Assembly (NCBI GenBank): GCA_038207335.1
Contig: JBBQZX010000005.1
Span: forward strand, 128,001 to 192,000
Direction: 5' to 3'
Length of the DNA stretch: 64,000 nt
Source of the DNA: Chthoniobacterales bacterium
GTDB taxonomy: Bacteria; Verrucomicrobiota; Verrucomicrobiia; Chthoniobacterales; Chthoniobacteraceae
Shown here: in pieces, positions 30,941 to 39,896 of the stretch
How positions within the stretch are numbered: position 1 is the stretch's first letter
Layout of the letters: the number at the start of each line of letters is the position of its first letter
Notes under the pieces: generated by a model
The model's database searches: none
Seen by the model: the letters and a program-made list of their open reading frames with translations, nothing else
Told to the model about the DNA's origin: nothing
Made by a program: the position numbers and the translations under genes

Positions 30941-31561
30941 ATGAAACCCCGTCCCCTCGCTCTCACGCTGATTTTCACATTCGCCGCCGCGCTCGCGTGC
31001 ACGGCCGAAGAGCCAAAGCTCGAGCCGCTTTTCAACGGCAAAGACCTCTCCGCTTTCAAGGCCGAAGACTCAAAGGCATTCTGGCGCGCAGAGGATGGCA
31101 TCCTTGTCGGCGAAAACGACGCTGCGAAAAAGGGCAACTACCTCTGGACCCAGAAGTCGTATGGCGACTTCGTCATCGAGTTCGATGTCCGCTGGAAAGG
31201 AACGCCGCCGCGTGGAGTTGATACCGGCATCGAGATGCGGAAGCCGAATATCCAGCTCCAACTCGGCATCTCCGGGAGCTTGAAGGTCGATATGTCCGGC
31301 TCCTTTTACACCGGCGGGAAAGTCGGGTATCCCGAAGCTGGCCAAGCCAAGGAAGCAAAGACCCTGATGAAGCCCGAAGGCGAGTGGAACCACTTCCGCA
31401 TCCAGGCCAAAGGCGACACATTCACCTGCTTGATCAATGGCCAAAAAGCCTCGGAATACACTGACTCGAAATTCTCCGGTCCCGCACCTCTCGGCTTCCA
31501 GATTCATCCCGGCGTCGAGATGAAGTGCGAGTATCGCGATATTAAAATAGTGGAGCTTTAA
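30941..31561 (+). CDS. DUF1080 (3-keto-disaccharide hydrolase family) protein
   Basis: LFNGKDL, W..EDGILVG, YGDFVIEFD, EWNHFRI, GFQIH, YRDIKI. Confidence 0.88.
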   Translation: MKPRPLALTLIFTFAAALACTAEEPKLEPLFNGKDLSAFKAEDSKAFWRAEDGILVGENDAAKKGNYLWTQKSYGDFVIEFDVRWKGTPPRGVDTGIEMRKPNIQLQLGISGSLKVDMSGSFYTGGKVGYPEAGQAKEAKTLMKPEGEWNHFRIQAKGDTFTCLINGQKASEYTDSKFSGPAPLGFQIHPGVEMKCEYRDIKIVEL

Positions 31562-31570
31562 GCGGCCCGT

Positions 31571-32563
31571 TTAAAGCAGCTCGACCGCTCCCTGTGGCCG
31601 CTTCGCGAAAGCGTGCATCTGCCTTCCGCCGCTCGTGATGTGGCGGATGACGAGCCGTTCAGCGCTCATTTCCAAATGAGTGAAGCCGTGGACATTCCGC
31701 GCAAATCGACCGTGTGCGGCTGACTTCTTCACGTCGTTGGTGCGCAGCGTCGTCCCACCGCCACCGCTCACGACAAACGAAGTCGGGTGATTTTCAAACT
31801 CCAAGTGCTCGAGGTCGTGGATGTGCCCGCAGAAGTAGAGATGCGCGGCGTGCTCGCGAAAAAGAGCGTCCCACTCCGCGATGAGCGCCGGGTTGTCCCC
31901 GGCATTCGAGTAGAGCGGGTGATGTCCGCAGACGACGAGAAACGGCGCTGTGCGCGGCTTCGCGAGTTCCGCCTTCAGCCATTGCGCCTGCGCCGCGCGT
32001 TCCTCCGCTGTCAGTGAAGGCTTCTCCGGCATCGCCTTTTGATAGTTGCTGTCGAGCGCGATGAAGGTCACCAGCGGTCGCTCCTGGGGAAAATCGAAGC
32101 GATACCATTTGGCTGGCAGCGTCCACCGCGTGCCGGGATGCGCGGCAGCATAGGCGAGCTGTGCGTCCTCCTTTCCCACGGGCTCCGCATTGTAATCGTG
32201 ATTGCCCAGCAGCGCGTAACACGGCCCGGGGAATTGCGCCGCGGGATACATGTCCTCGAATTGCGTCTGCCACCGAGGGCAATCGACTCCGCCCTCGAAC
32301 CGTCCGTAAAAATTGTCCCCCAGTGTGAAGAGCGCGGAAGGTGCGATGCCCTGCGCGTTCGCGTAATCGATCATCCCCTGCGCCACGAGACGCTGCGGCT
32401 CGGGGTTCACCGCGCCCCAATCGCCCAAGACAAACATGTGCTGTGCCTGAAGGTCCGCCTGCCCTGCCGCGCTGACACCGCCACGCCCCGCCACCAAAGC
32501 CGCCGCGCTGAACGCAAAGGTCTGAAGAAACTGCCGTCGTGAAGTGAGGGAAAGAGTGGACAT
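31571..32563 (-). CDS. Tat-exported metallophosphoesterase (purple/TRAP-like acid phosphatase), paralog 1
   Basis: SRRQFL Tat motif; GDWG, GDNFY, GNHDY, GHHP, GHIH. Confidence 0.88.
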   Translation of the reverse strand: MSTLSLTSRRQFLQTFAFSAAALVAGRGGVSAAGQADLQAQHMFVLGDWGAVNPEPQRLVAQGMIDYANAQGIAPSALFTLGDNFYGRFEGGVDCPRWQTQFEDMYPAAQFPGPCYALLGNHDYNAEPVGKEDAQLAYAAAHPGTRWTLPAKWYRFDFPQERPLVTFIALDSNYQKAMPEKPSLTAEERAAQAQWLKAELAKPRTAPFLVVCGHHPLYSNAGDNPALIAEWDALFREHAAHLYFCGHIHDLEHLEFENHPTSFVVSGGGGTTLRTNDVKKSAAHGRFARNVHGFTHLEMSAERLVIRHITSGGRQMHAFAKRPQGAVELL

Positions 32564-32676
32564 CGGAATTTCAAGCGAATCCGCGGACTCGGAAACCGAG
32601 TGCCAGTGACGAAGTTGCCCTTCGATTAAAGGTACAGCTCAACCGGTGGCGAAATGAGCCAGCGCGGAGACTCAAA

Positions 32677-33072
32677 TCAGGCTCCGTATTGTTCGTCGCT
32701 CACCTTTTCCAGCCACTCCACGACTTTGCCATCGAGTGCTTCCTGAATGGCGATATGCGTCATGGCCGTGGTCGGCGAGGCACCGTGCCAATGCTTCTCG
32801 CCCGCCGCAAACCAGACCACATCTCCGGGATGGATTTCCTCGATGGGACCTCCCTCATACTGCACCCGCCCAGAACCAGCCGTGACGATCAGCGTCTGAC
32901 CGAGCGGATGAGTATGCCACGCCGTGCGAGCGGCCGGCTCAAAGGTGACGTTTGCGCCGCGCACGCGAGCAGGTGCCTCGGCCTCGAAGAGCGGATCGAT
33001 GCGGACCCTGCCGGTGAACCAATCCGCCGGCCCTTTGCCGGATGGACGAGAGCCGCTTTTTTTAATTTCCAT
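32677..33072 (-). CDS. Cupin domain protein
   Basis: [35 protein letters not shown]. Confidence 0.9.
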   Translation of the reverse strand: MEIKKSGSRPSGKGPADWFTGRVRIDPLFEAEAPARVRGANVTFEPAARTAWHTHPLGQTLIVTAGSGRVQYEGGPIEEIHPGDVVWFAAGEKHWHGASPTTAMTHIAIQEALDGKVVEWLEKVSDEQYGA

Positions 33073-33246
33073 GTCGGGTAAAGTTGAGGGGCTTGTTCAG
33101 ATTCGCCGCATCTCACCGGCGTCTTCAAAAAGCTAGCGCTGTGGAGGTGAATGGCGAGCCTGATGGCGCATCGCAGCTCACTCCTCTCCTACGCGGCACT
33201 GGTCAGATGAAATCCCGTTCGCTACTTTTTTTCCACCCATCCTCCT

Positions 33247-33879
33247 ATGACTCGACTCCACCTCGCCATCGTCACCCTCATCGCCGTCTTGCTCGCCGCT
33301 CATTCCGCTCGCGCTGAGGATTTGAATAAGATCGCCGCTGCCATCGACGGCTATCGCTACGAATTTCCGTGCAAGGATCCCATGCCGGAAAATCCAAAGC
33401 CCGGCGCAGACGGGGATTCGGCGCGTGCGACCAGCGACCCGGAGACCAATGACAAATTCACCGACGTGAAGAAATTCGGCGGAGAAACGGGCAAGCGCTA
33501 CAAAGTCACGCTGCGCGTCCGCGGTGTCGTCGAGCCGATGATGTATAAGGATGGCGAGAAGATCGGCGACTACTTCTACGTCGGAGGCGCTGCGAACAAC
33601 GCCACTTACAATATCTACGAACTCACGGTTTCAGCTCCGGTGGCGCACTATTTCTTCAACCGCCAGGACGCAGTCGGCCACCGCATTTTCACCATCGACT
33701 ACACCGTTACCATCGAGGTCGAAGGCGGTGCCAAGCTCACCTTCCAAGGCGATGGCCAGAACGGCCGGATGATCACCAACTTCAGCAAACTCGTCGTCCC
33801 CGGAATCCCGCCCGCCCCGGAAGCATTTAACGGCCAGTTCATCCAGCTCAACGTCACCGACGTGACCGAGATCAAGTAG
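33247..33879 (+). CDS. Secreted hypothetical beta-rich protein
   Basis: Sec signal peptide ending ARA; 210-aa ORF with typical codon usage. Confidence 0.65.
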   Translation: MTRLHLAIVTLIAVLLAAHSARAEDLNKIAAAIDGYRYEFPCKDPMPENPKPGADGDSARATSDPETNDKFTDVKKFGGETGKRYKVTLRVRGVVEPMMYKDGEKIGDYFYVGGAANNATYNIYELTVSAPVAHYFFNRQDAVGHRIFTIDYTVTIEVEGGAKLTFQGDGQNGRMITNFSKLVVPGIPPAPEAFNGQFIQLNVTDVTEIK

Positions 33880-33899
33880 CGGGAGACGGGTACCGCGGT

Positions 33900-34955
33900 C
33901 TAGGTGATGATGTCCACCTTGCCCGCGAGGGTGCGGCTGAAGGCGTGGAGTTGCCTCTGGAGCGGATTGATGTGCCGGACGACCAGCTTCTCCTTCGTGA
34001 CGAGGAGGTGCGAGAAGCCGTAGGTGGATTCGGAGAACGGTTTGCGCTCGGGCTTCTTGAGCTTCGTGATGGAGGCGCCGCCGCCTCCGGAGACGACGAA
34101 GGAGGTGCCGATGCCTGCGAACTCGAGGTGCTGCAGGTCGTGGTCGTGCCCGCAGAAGTAGGCGGCGACTCCGTATTTCTGGAAAAGCGGGCCCCATGCT
34201 GCGATCAGCGCGGCGGTGTCACCGTGGGGGCCGTTGCTGTAGAGCGGGTGGTGGCCGAAGGCGAGAGTCCACGGCGCGCGCGGCTTTTTCAGTTCGCTCT
34301 CGAGCCAGGCGAGTTGCTTGGCTTTCTCCTCCTTCGAGAGATACGCGAGGCGGTTCTGGTAGTTGCTGTCGAGGATGAGGCAGGTGACGAGCGGATCTTT
34401 CGCCGGCCAATCGACGCGATACCATTTCGCTGGCATTGTCCAGCGGGTGCCGGGATGGGCATCGGTGTAGGAGAGTTCGGCGGCGACCTTGTGGAAGTTC
34501 TCCTCGTCGTAATCGTGATTACCAAGCATGGCCCAGCACGGTCCGGGAAAGACGGTCGCAGGATACATGTCTTCGAAGCCTTCCTTCCAGCGCGGCGAAA
34601 CCACGCCGCCCGGCATGGCTCCATAGAAATTGTCGCCCAACAAAAAAATCCCATCCGTCCGAATGCCGCGTGTCTGGACGTAGCCCTGCATGGCTGCGGC
34701 GACTTCGCTCTGCATGCTGGGCGCGTTGGGATCGCCGTCGTTGGGGTTGGGCACGCTCTTGGGATTGACGATCTTGTATCTCTTCGTGTTTCCGAAGTCG
34801 CCGAGCATCAGGAAATTCAAACCCACCTCGTCGGCCAGAGGCGCGCTGAATGCGGGCATGCGTGCAGCCAAGGCTGTCGCGGCGCTAAAGGCGAAAACCT
34901 GTCGGAGAAGGTGGCGGCGGGTGATGCTGGGTGAGGTCAAAGACAAGGGGTTCAA
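33900..34955 (-). CDS. Tat-exported metallophosphoesterase (purple/TRAP-like), paralog 2; start uncertain (TTG)
   Basis: TRRHLL Tat motif; GDFG, GDNFY, GNHDY, GHHPLYSNGPHG, GHDH. Confidence 0.85.
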   Translation of the reverse strand: MNPLSLTSPSITRRHLLRQVFAFSAATALAARMPAFSAPLADEVGLNFLMLGDFGNTKRYKIVNPKSVPNPNDGDPNAPSMQSEVAAAMQGYVQTRGIRTDGIFLLGDNFYGAMPGGVVSPRWKEGFEDMYPATVFPGPCWAMLGNHDYDEENFHKVAAELSYTDAHPGTRWTMPAKWYRVDWPAKDPLVTCLILDSNYQNRLAYLSKEEKAKQLAWLESELKKPRAPWTLAFGHHPLYSNGPHGDTAALIAAWGPLFQKYGVAAYFCGHDHDLQHLEFAGIGTSFVVSGGGGASITKLKKPERKPFSESTYGFSHLLVTKEKLVVRHINPLQRQLHAFSRTLAGKVDIIT

Positions 34956-35054
34956 GAAAGTGTTGAGTGATTCGTAATCTCTCGATTTCCGCTCAACAAT
35001 CACGCTTTCGGCTAGGTCCGGGACGTTGTATGAAAATGCGCGATTTCTCCGCCT

Positions 35055-35588
35055 ATGATCCCCCGTCGCGATGCCATCCAACGTCTCTCCCTGCTGCTCG
35101 GCGGGGTACTTTCGACGCAGCTCACCGCTGGCTTACTCGGTGAGGTCCTGAATACCGGCTCGAGCATCGAGGTGTCACCCGCTCAGGTGAAGCTGCTCGC
35201 CGACGCTGCGGACACCATCATTCCCGATACCGACACGCCGGGCGCGAAAGCGGCGGGCGTCGAGCAGTTCATCGTGAGGGTCATGCGCGACTGCTACGTT
35301 CGCGAGGAGCAGGCGAAGTTTTACGACGGACTTGCAAAGCTCGACGACGCGAGCCGCAAAGCACACACGCGCGGATTTTCCGACCTCGACGCGGCGCAGC
35401 GCAAGGAGCTGATGGCGCTGACCGCGAAGACCGACAAACCATTCTTCCGCCAGCTTCGCGAGCTGACCATCGCCGGTTATTTCACCTCCGAAATTGGTGC
35501 GACGAAAGCGCTTGCTTACCTGCCCATCCCCGGTCGCTTCGAGGGCGATATTCCCCTCACGCCGGGCCAGAAAGCGTGGGCTCTCTAG
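35055..35588 (+). CDS. Gluconate 2-dehydrogenase subunit 3 family protein (Tat carrier subunit)
   Basis: PRRDAI twin-Arg; DTIIPDTDTPGAK, GYFTSEIG. Confidence 0.88.
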   Translation: MIPRRDAIQRLSLLLGGVLSTQLTAGLLGEVLNTGSSIEVSPAQVKLLADAADTIIPDTDTPGAKAAGVEQFIVRVMRDCYVREEQAKFYDGLAKLDDASRKAHTRGFSDLDAAQRKELMALTAKTDKPFFRQLRELTIAGYFTSEIGATKALAYLPIPGRFEGDIPLTPGQKAWAL

Positions 35589-35607
35589 TTCTTCACCCAC
35601 CCCTGCC

Positions 35608-37323
35608 ATGGCAAATCTCAACATCGATTCCATCAAGGAACTGACCTATGACGCGATCGTCATCGGCTCCGGCGTTTCCGGTGGCTGGGCGGCAAAGGAG
35701 CTGACCGAAAAAGGTCTGCGCGTGCTAATGCTGGAGCGCGGAAAACCGCTCGAGCACGTCACCGGCTACGAGAATGCGCTCAAGGCTCCGTGGGAGCTGA
35801 AATACAACGGGAAGCTGACCACCGAGCAGATCGAGTCGCACCCGAAGCTGGCGCGCGACTATCCGTACAACGAGATGACGGAGAAGTATTGGTTCAAGGA
35901 CTCCGACTCGCTGTATCGCGAGGTTCAGCGGTTCGACTGGTATCGACCGAACATCGTCGGCGGCAAGTCGATCATGTGGGGTCGGCAGTCGTATCGGCTC
36001 AGCGATATCGACTTCGAGGCGAACCTGCGCGATGGCATCGCCGTGGACTGGCCGATTCGCTACGCCGACCTCGCGCCGTGGTATTCGTATGCGGAAAAGT
36101 TCGCGGGCATCTCCGGCGAAAAGCTCGGCTTGCCGCAGTTGCCGGACGGCGAATTCCTGCCGCCAATGGAGATGTATTTTCTCGAAAAAGAAGTGCGGAA
36201 GCGGATCGAGAAAAACTTCCCCGGCCGCGTGATGACCATCGGCCGCGTGGCGAATCTCTCAAAGGCCGGCGAGGCGCAGCTCGGTGTCGGTCGCGGGCCG
36301 TGCCAATACCGGAATCGCTGTTCGTGGGGCTGCCCGTTCGGCGCGTATTTCAGCACGCAATCATCCACGCTACCTGCGGCGGCGAATACCGGCCGGCTCA
36401 CGCTGCGGCCGGATTCGGTAGTCACCGAGATCACCTACGACGACGCCACTCAGCGCGCGACCGGCGTGCGCGTGCGCGATGCCGTGACGCTGGAGGACCG
36501 CGAGTATTTCGCGAATATCGTCTTCATTTGCGCGAGCACGATCAGTTCCACCGCGCTGCTCATGCATTCCACCTCCGCGCGTTTCCCGAGCGGCCTCGGC
36601 AATGATTCCGACCAGCTCGGGCGCAACCTGATGGATCACCACTTCCGCACCGGCGCCGCGGGGCGCTGGGAGGGTGGACTCGACCGCTACTACTACGGTC
36701 GCCGCGCGAATGGCATCTACATTCCCCGCTACCGCAATCTCAACGGCGACCAGCGCGACTACGTGCGCGGCTTCGGTTTCCAAGGCGGCGCGAGCCGTGG
36801 CAACTGGCAACGCGGCGTCGCCGAGCTTTCCTTTGGCGAAGAGCTCAAGAACGAACTCACCGAACCCGGCGAGTGGACGATGGGCCTCGGCGGATTCGGC
36901 GAAACGCTGCCTTACAGCGACAACCGCATGTGGCTCGACAAAACCACGCGCGACAAATGGGGTATTCCCGTAGTGGTCTTCGACGCCGGCCTGCGGGACA
37001 ACGAAAAGAAAATGCGCGTGGACATGGCCAACGACGCCGCCGAGATGCTCACCGCCGCCGGCCTCAAGGACGTGGCGACTCACGACAAAGGCTCCGCGCT
37101 CGGCATGGCCATCCACGAGATGGGCACCGCCCGCATGGGTCGCGACCCAAAGACATCCATCTACAACGCTCACAACCAGCTCCACACCGTGCCGAACGTC
37201 TTCGGCACCGACGGCGCGTGCATGACCTCCACCGGCTGCGTGAATCCATCGCTCACTTTCATGGCCCTCACCGCCCGCGCCGCAGACTTTGCCGTGGAGG
37301 AGTTGAAAAAGGGCAACATCTAG
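35608..37323 (+). CDS. GMC family oxidoreductase (glucoside 3-dehydrogenase-like large subunit)
   Basis: IGSGVSGGWAAKEL, VGGKSIMWGRQ, CQYRNRCSWGC Fe-S motif, LMDH, IHEMGTARMG, NPSLTFMA. Confidence 0.9.
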   Translation: MANLNIDSIKELTYDAIVIGSGVSGGWAAKELTEKGLRVLMLERGKPLEHVTGYENALKAPWELKYNGKLTTEQIESHPKLARDYPYNEMTEKYWFKDSDSLYREVQRFDWYRPNIVGGKSIMWGRQSYRLSDIDFEANLRDGIAVDWPIRYADLAPWYSYAEKFAGISGEKLGLPQLPDGEFLPPMEMYFLEKEVRKRIEKNFPGRVMTIGRVANLSKAGEAQLGVGRGPCQYRNRCSWGCPFGAYFSTQSSTLPAAANTGRLTLRPDSVVTEITYDDATQRATGVRVRDAVTLEDREYFANIVFICASTISSTALLMHSTSARFPSGLGNDSDQLGRNLMDHHFRTGAAGRWEGGLDRYYYGRRANGIYIPRYRNLNGDQRDYVRGFGFQGGASRGNWQRGVAELSFGEELKNELTEPGEWTMGLGGFGETLPYSDNRMWLDKTTRDKWGIPVVVFDAGLRDNEKKMRVDMANDAAEMLTAAGLKDVATHDKGSALGMAIHEMGTARMGRDPKTSIYNAHNQLHTVPNVFGTDGACMTSTGCVNPSLTFMALTARAADFAVEELKKGNI

Positions 37324-37549
37324 CCCTTTTCCATCGCTTCCAAAGTGGCGCTTTGGAAACGCCCACCGCCCGGCTCATACTCCGTTTCGTGTACGCGAGA
37401 GGACTGGAATACCACGCCATCGCACCCGTCCTGCGACCGCGAAGCACAGATTCTTCCGGACAGTGAACCGTTCCAAAAGCCTATTTCCTCAGTCCCGGGG
37501 AACCACGGTGACGCTTCCCTGCGATTACGATTCAAAATCCCCGATCGCC

Positions 37550-37891
37550 ATGAAAATGAACCTCCTTCTTGCCACCGCAATCTCCGGTGCCTTCCTTCTC
37601 TCCGGTTGCGTCGTGTATGACGAGCCCTACGCCGTCCGGCACGTCAGCGTCTCCACTGGCTCCCCCTACTACGGCAGCTACAACGAATACTCGCCTTACT
37701 ACTCCTACAGCGGCCGCCGCTACTACAACTCGAACGGTCGGTACGTCTATTACTCCGGCCGCAACCCCTACTACGTCTCATCCCTCCCCTCGCACGCCGT
37801 TTACGTCACCCCGCGGGGCAGCAGCTACGGCAACAGTTACGGACACGGTTACGGTCGCAGCTACGGGCACACCGTCGTCCGGCGCTACTGA
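37550..37891 (+). CDS. Small Tyr/Ser/Gly-rich lipoprotein
   Basis: Lipobox LSGC followed by VVY; many Tyr; YGxxYG repeats. Confidence 0.75.
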   Translation: MKMNLLLATAISGAFLLSGCVVYDEPYAVRHVSVSTGSPYYGSYNEYSPYYSYSGRRYYNSNGRYVYYSGRNPYYVSSLPSHAVYVTPRGSSYGNSYGHGYGRSYGHTVVRRY

Positions 37892-38029
37892 GGAGAAGAC
37901 CCGTTTGCGGACAGATTTCCGACCGTTCGCCTTAGTTGGCAAGGATCACCTGCTCCTCCTGCGTCACGCCTTTACCGAATAGACGCTGATGTTCCCGTCG
38001 CTACTCGCTCGCGCGCGTGAAATTGAGGC

Positions 38030-38181
38030 CCCCTGTGATGATCGCCCGCGAGCGTCACGAAGTCCGCGGCATCCCGCCAGAGTTCCTTGAGCTGGAAGGA
38101 TTTGCTGTCCGCAAGCTTCACCACCAGCGTCGCGTAGAGGTCGTCGAGAAAGCTCTTCACCGCGTTGCTCGTAAAGCCCTG
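38030..38181 (-). pseudogene. Orphan coding fragment, possibly from the COR region of a TIR-WD40-Roc protein
   Basis: Reads SFLDDLYATLVVKLADSKSFQLKELWRDAADFVTLAG with GC-rich codons; family assignment from memory only. Confidence 0.4.
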
Positions 38182-38363
38182 CAGAGAATATGAACGTGAT
38201 CTTCGGTGCTATTGATGACGATCGGCTCGCACCCAATCTTTTGCAGAACGCCCGCCACATAAGCGTGCAGCCGGGAGCGAATTTCGGCGTCTTTGAAAAA
38301 TGGAACGCGGTTCTTCGTGCTGAAGACAACATGCAGGACGACGCGGGCTAGGGATTGCGGTAT
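38179..38363 (-). mobile_element. Truncated IS200/IS605-type (REP-associated) HUH tyrosine transposase pseudogene
   Basis: (I)PQSLARVVLHVVFSTKNR...LHAYVAG...EDHVHILC; ATA where ATG is expected; lacks the catalytic-Tyr half. Confidence 0.85.
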
Positions 38364-38459
38364 AACGTAGGGAATTGTTACGCCCACGTTGGGGCTTTGC
38401 GCATTTTTTGTTTCCCGACCCAAGGCTTGCCCTGGGCGGGCTTGCGGCAGGCCTTTGAC

Positions 38460-39281
38460 CTAGGCACCTAGTGAGACAATGACCGAACCACCAAGAGTCG
38501 ACAGGACCGACTTGGGAGGTGACGGTGGAATAGCGCTTACCAGTTCGCGTACCATTGAAGCTTTCCAGACGATCCCGAGATCCGATTCGTCGTTGATGCG
38601 GCCTGAATAGACGCCGAGAAACCGGGTGATCGGGCCCCCAAACGCGGTTGAGCCGCCATCGGTCATTGCGACCATCCCACGTTTCTGTGCGCAATGACTG
38701 CGGATCCAGACTGCCCTTTTCGCGCACGGCAATCGACGAGGAGAATTGGTTTATTTTGGTAGTCTACTTTCTGGCTCCGTCGCGACAAATCCTGTTGCCC
38801 ATATCGCCATTGAGCCCCCGCTTCGGAGTCCGAATGGGAAGCCGACAATACTGATAGAATCGGCTGGCATAACCAAGATTTCGGAACGCTTAACCTGAAG
38901 CGAGTAAGGATAGCACTTCACATTCACGAGGTTCGTGAGAGGGAGAGCAACCACGTCAGCTCCGGGCCCATATTTTGGGTGCTCGAACCATAGAGGATGG
39001 TCATCGATCACAAGAGGCTCGATTCGCTCCACCCACCTTCCCAGTCCTGAAGTCGCATTGTGATGAATGATCACTTCGTTCGGAATCCCTCCTGTGTCAG
39101 AGATAACTTTGTCCGTTTCGGGGCGTCGCCCGGTCACGTTGTGACGGTTTGTTATGAGAGCCGGACCTCTGGCACACTCGACCAAAAAGCCGGTTGCAGT
39201 CGCCAGGAAATGACCATCAAAACGGAAGTCGAGAAACAGAGACTGCACCGAAGGCAGAAGTATCTGTTGCGGCCCGTTCAC
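38460..39281 (-). pseudogene. Trypsin-like serine protease with two compensating frameshifts
   Basis: ATGFLV, ITNRHNV, ADVVAL, VGFPFG in frame A; VDCRARKGQSGSAV in frame B; FLGVYSG back in frame A. Confidence 0.85.
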
Positions 39282-39835
39282 CTCGCACTCTCCGTTTGAG
39301 CAAACACAACGGCCTGCCGCACCATCCCGAGCAACCTATTCGGATTGATGGTAGCACCGATGCTACTTCCCGAGGCGTGCGCGAAGTCGAGCTGTCGCCG
39401 AACTTCGCGGTCAGAACGCTGCTTCCCCGGCGAACGGCAAATTTTCAGGAGCTTCGCATACTCCTGCTCGCGATCCGCCGGGAGCCAGTTGATGTAAAGG
39501 AATTGCGCCAAGGAGCCTTCGATGGGGGCGTCGTCGAGGCGCAGGGGAAGGAAGCGGCGCTCCTTGTTCAGCGGGTCGCGAAATCGGAAGGTGCCGGACT
39601 CCAATTGCGCCCAGTCGGAGCCGAACGCATGCGCCGACATGCAGAGCACCAGCACGCGCGAGCGCTCCAGCCCTTCCTCGATCTTCGCCGGGATGCTGTC
39701 GCCGGGCTTGAGCACCCATTCATCGAACCACACCTTCACCCCGTCCGCCCGCAACCGCTCCGCCAGCGGGCGCACCACCGCCTCGTCCTTCGCGCTGTGG
39801 CTCAGGAAGACGTCGTATTCGAACTCGTCGGCCAT
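39278..39835 (-). CDS. TIR (TIR_2) domain protein
   Basis: YDVFLSHS.KD, VWFDEW, PGDSI..KIEEGL, SDWAQLE with the conserved Glu. Confidence 0.9.
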   Translation of the reverse strand: MADEFEYDVFLSHSAKDEAVVRPLAERLRADGVKVWFDEWVLKPGDSIPAKIEEGLERSRVLVLCMSAHAFGSDWAQLESGTFRFRDPLNKERRFLPLRLDDAPIEGSLAQFLYINWLPADREQEYAKLLKICRSPGKQRSDREVRRQLDFAHASGSSIGATINPNRLLGMVRQAVVFAQTESAR

Positions 39836-39896
39836 GGTTTTTAGGGGAGACGATCGGTGGCCCTGCCTTCGCTTCGAGCGGATTGGTGGGCGCGGG

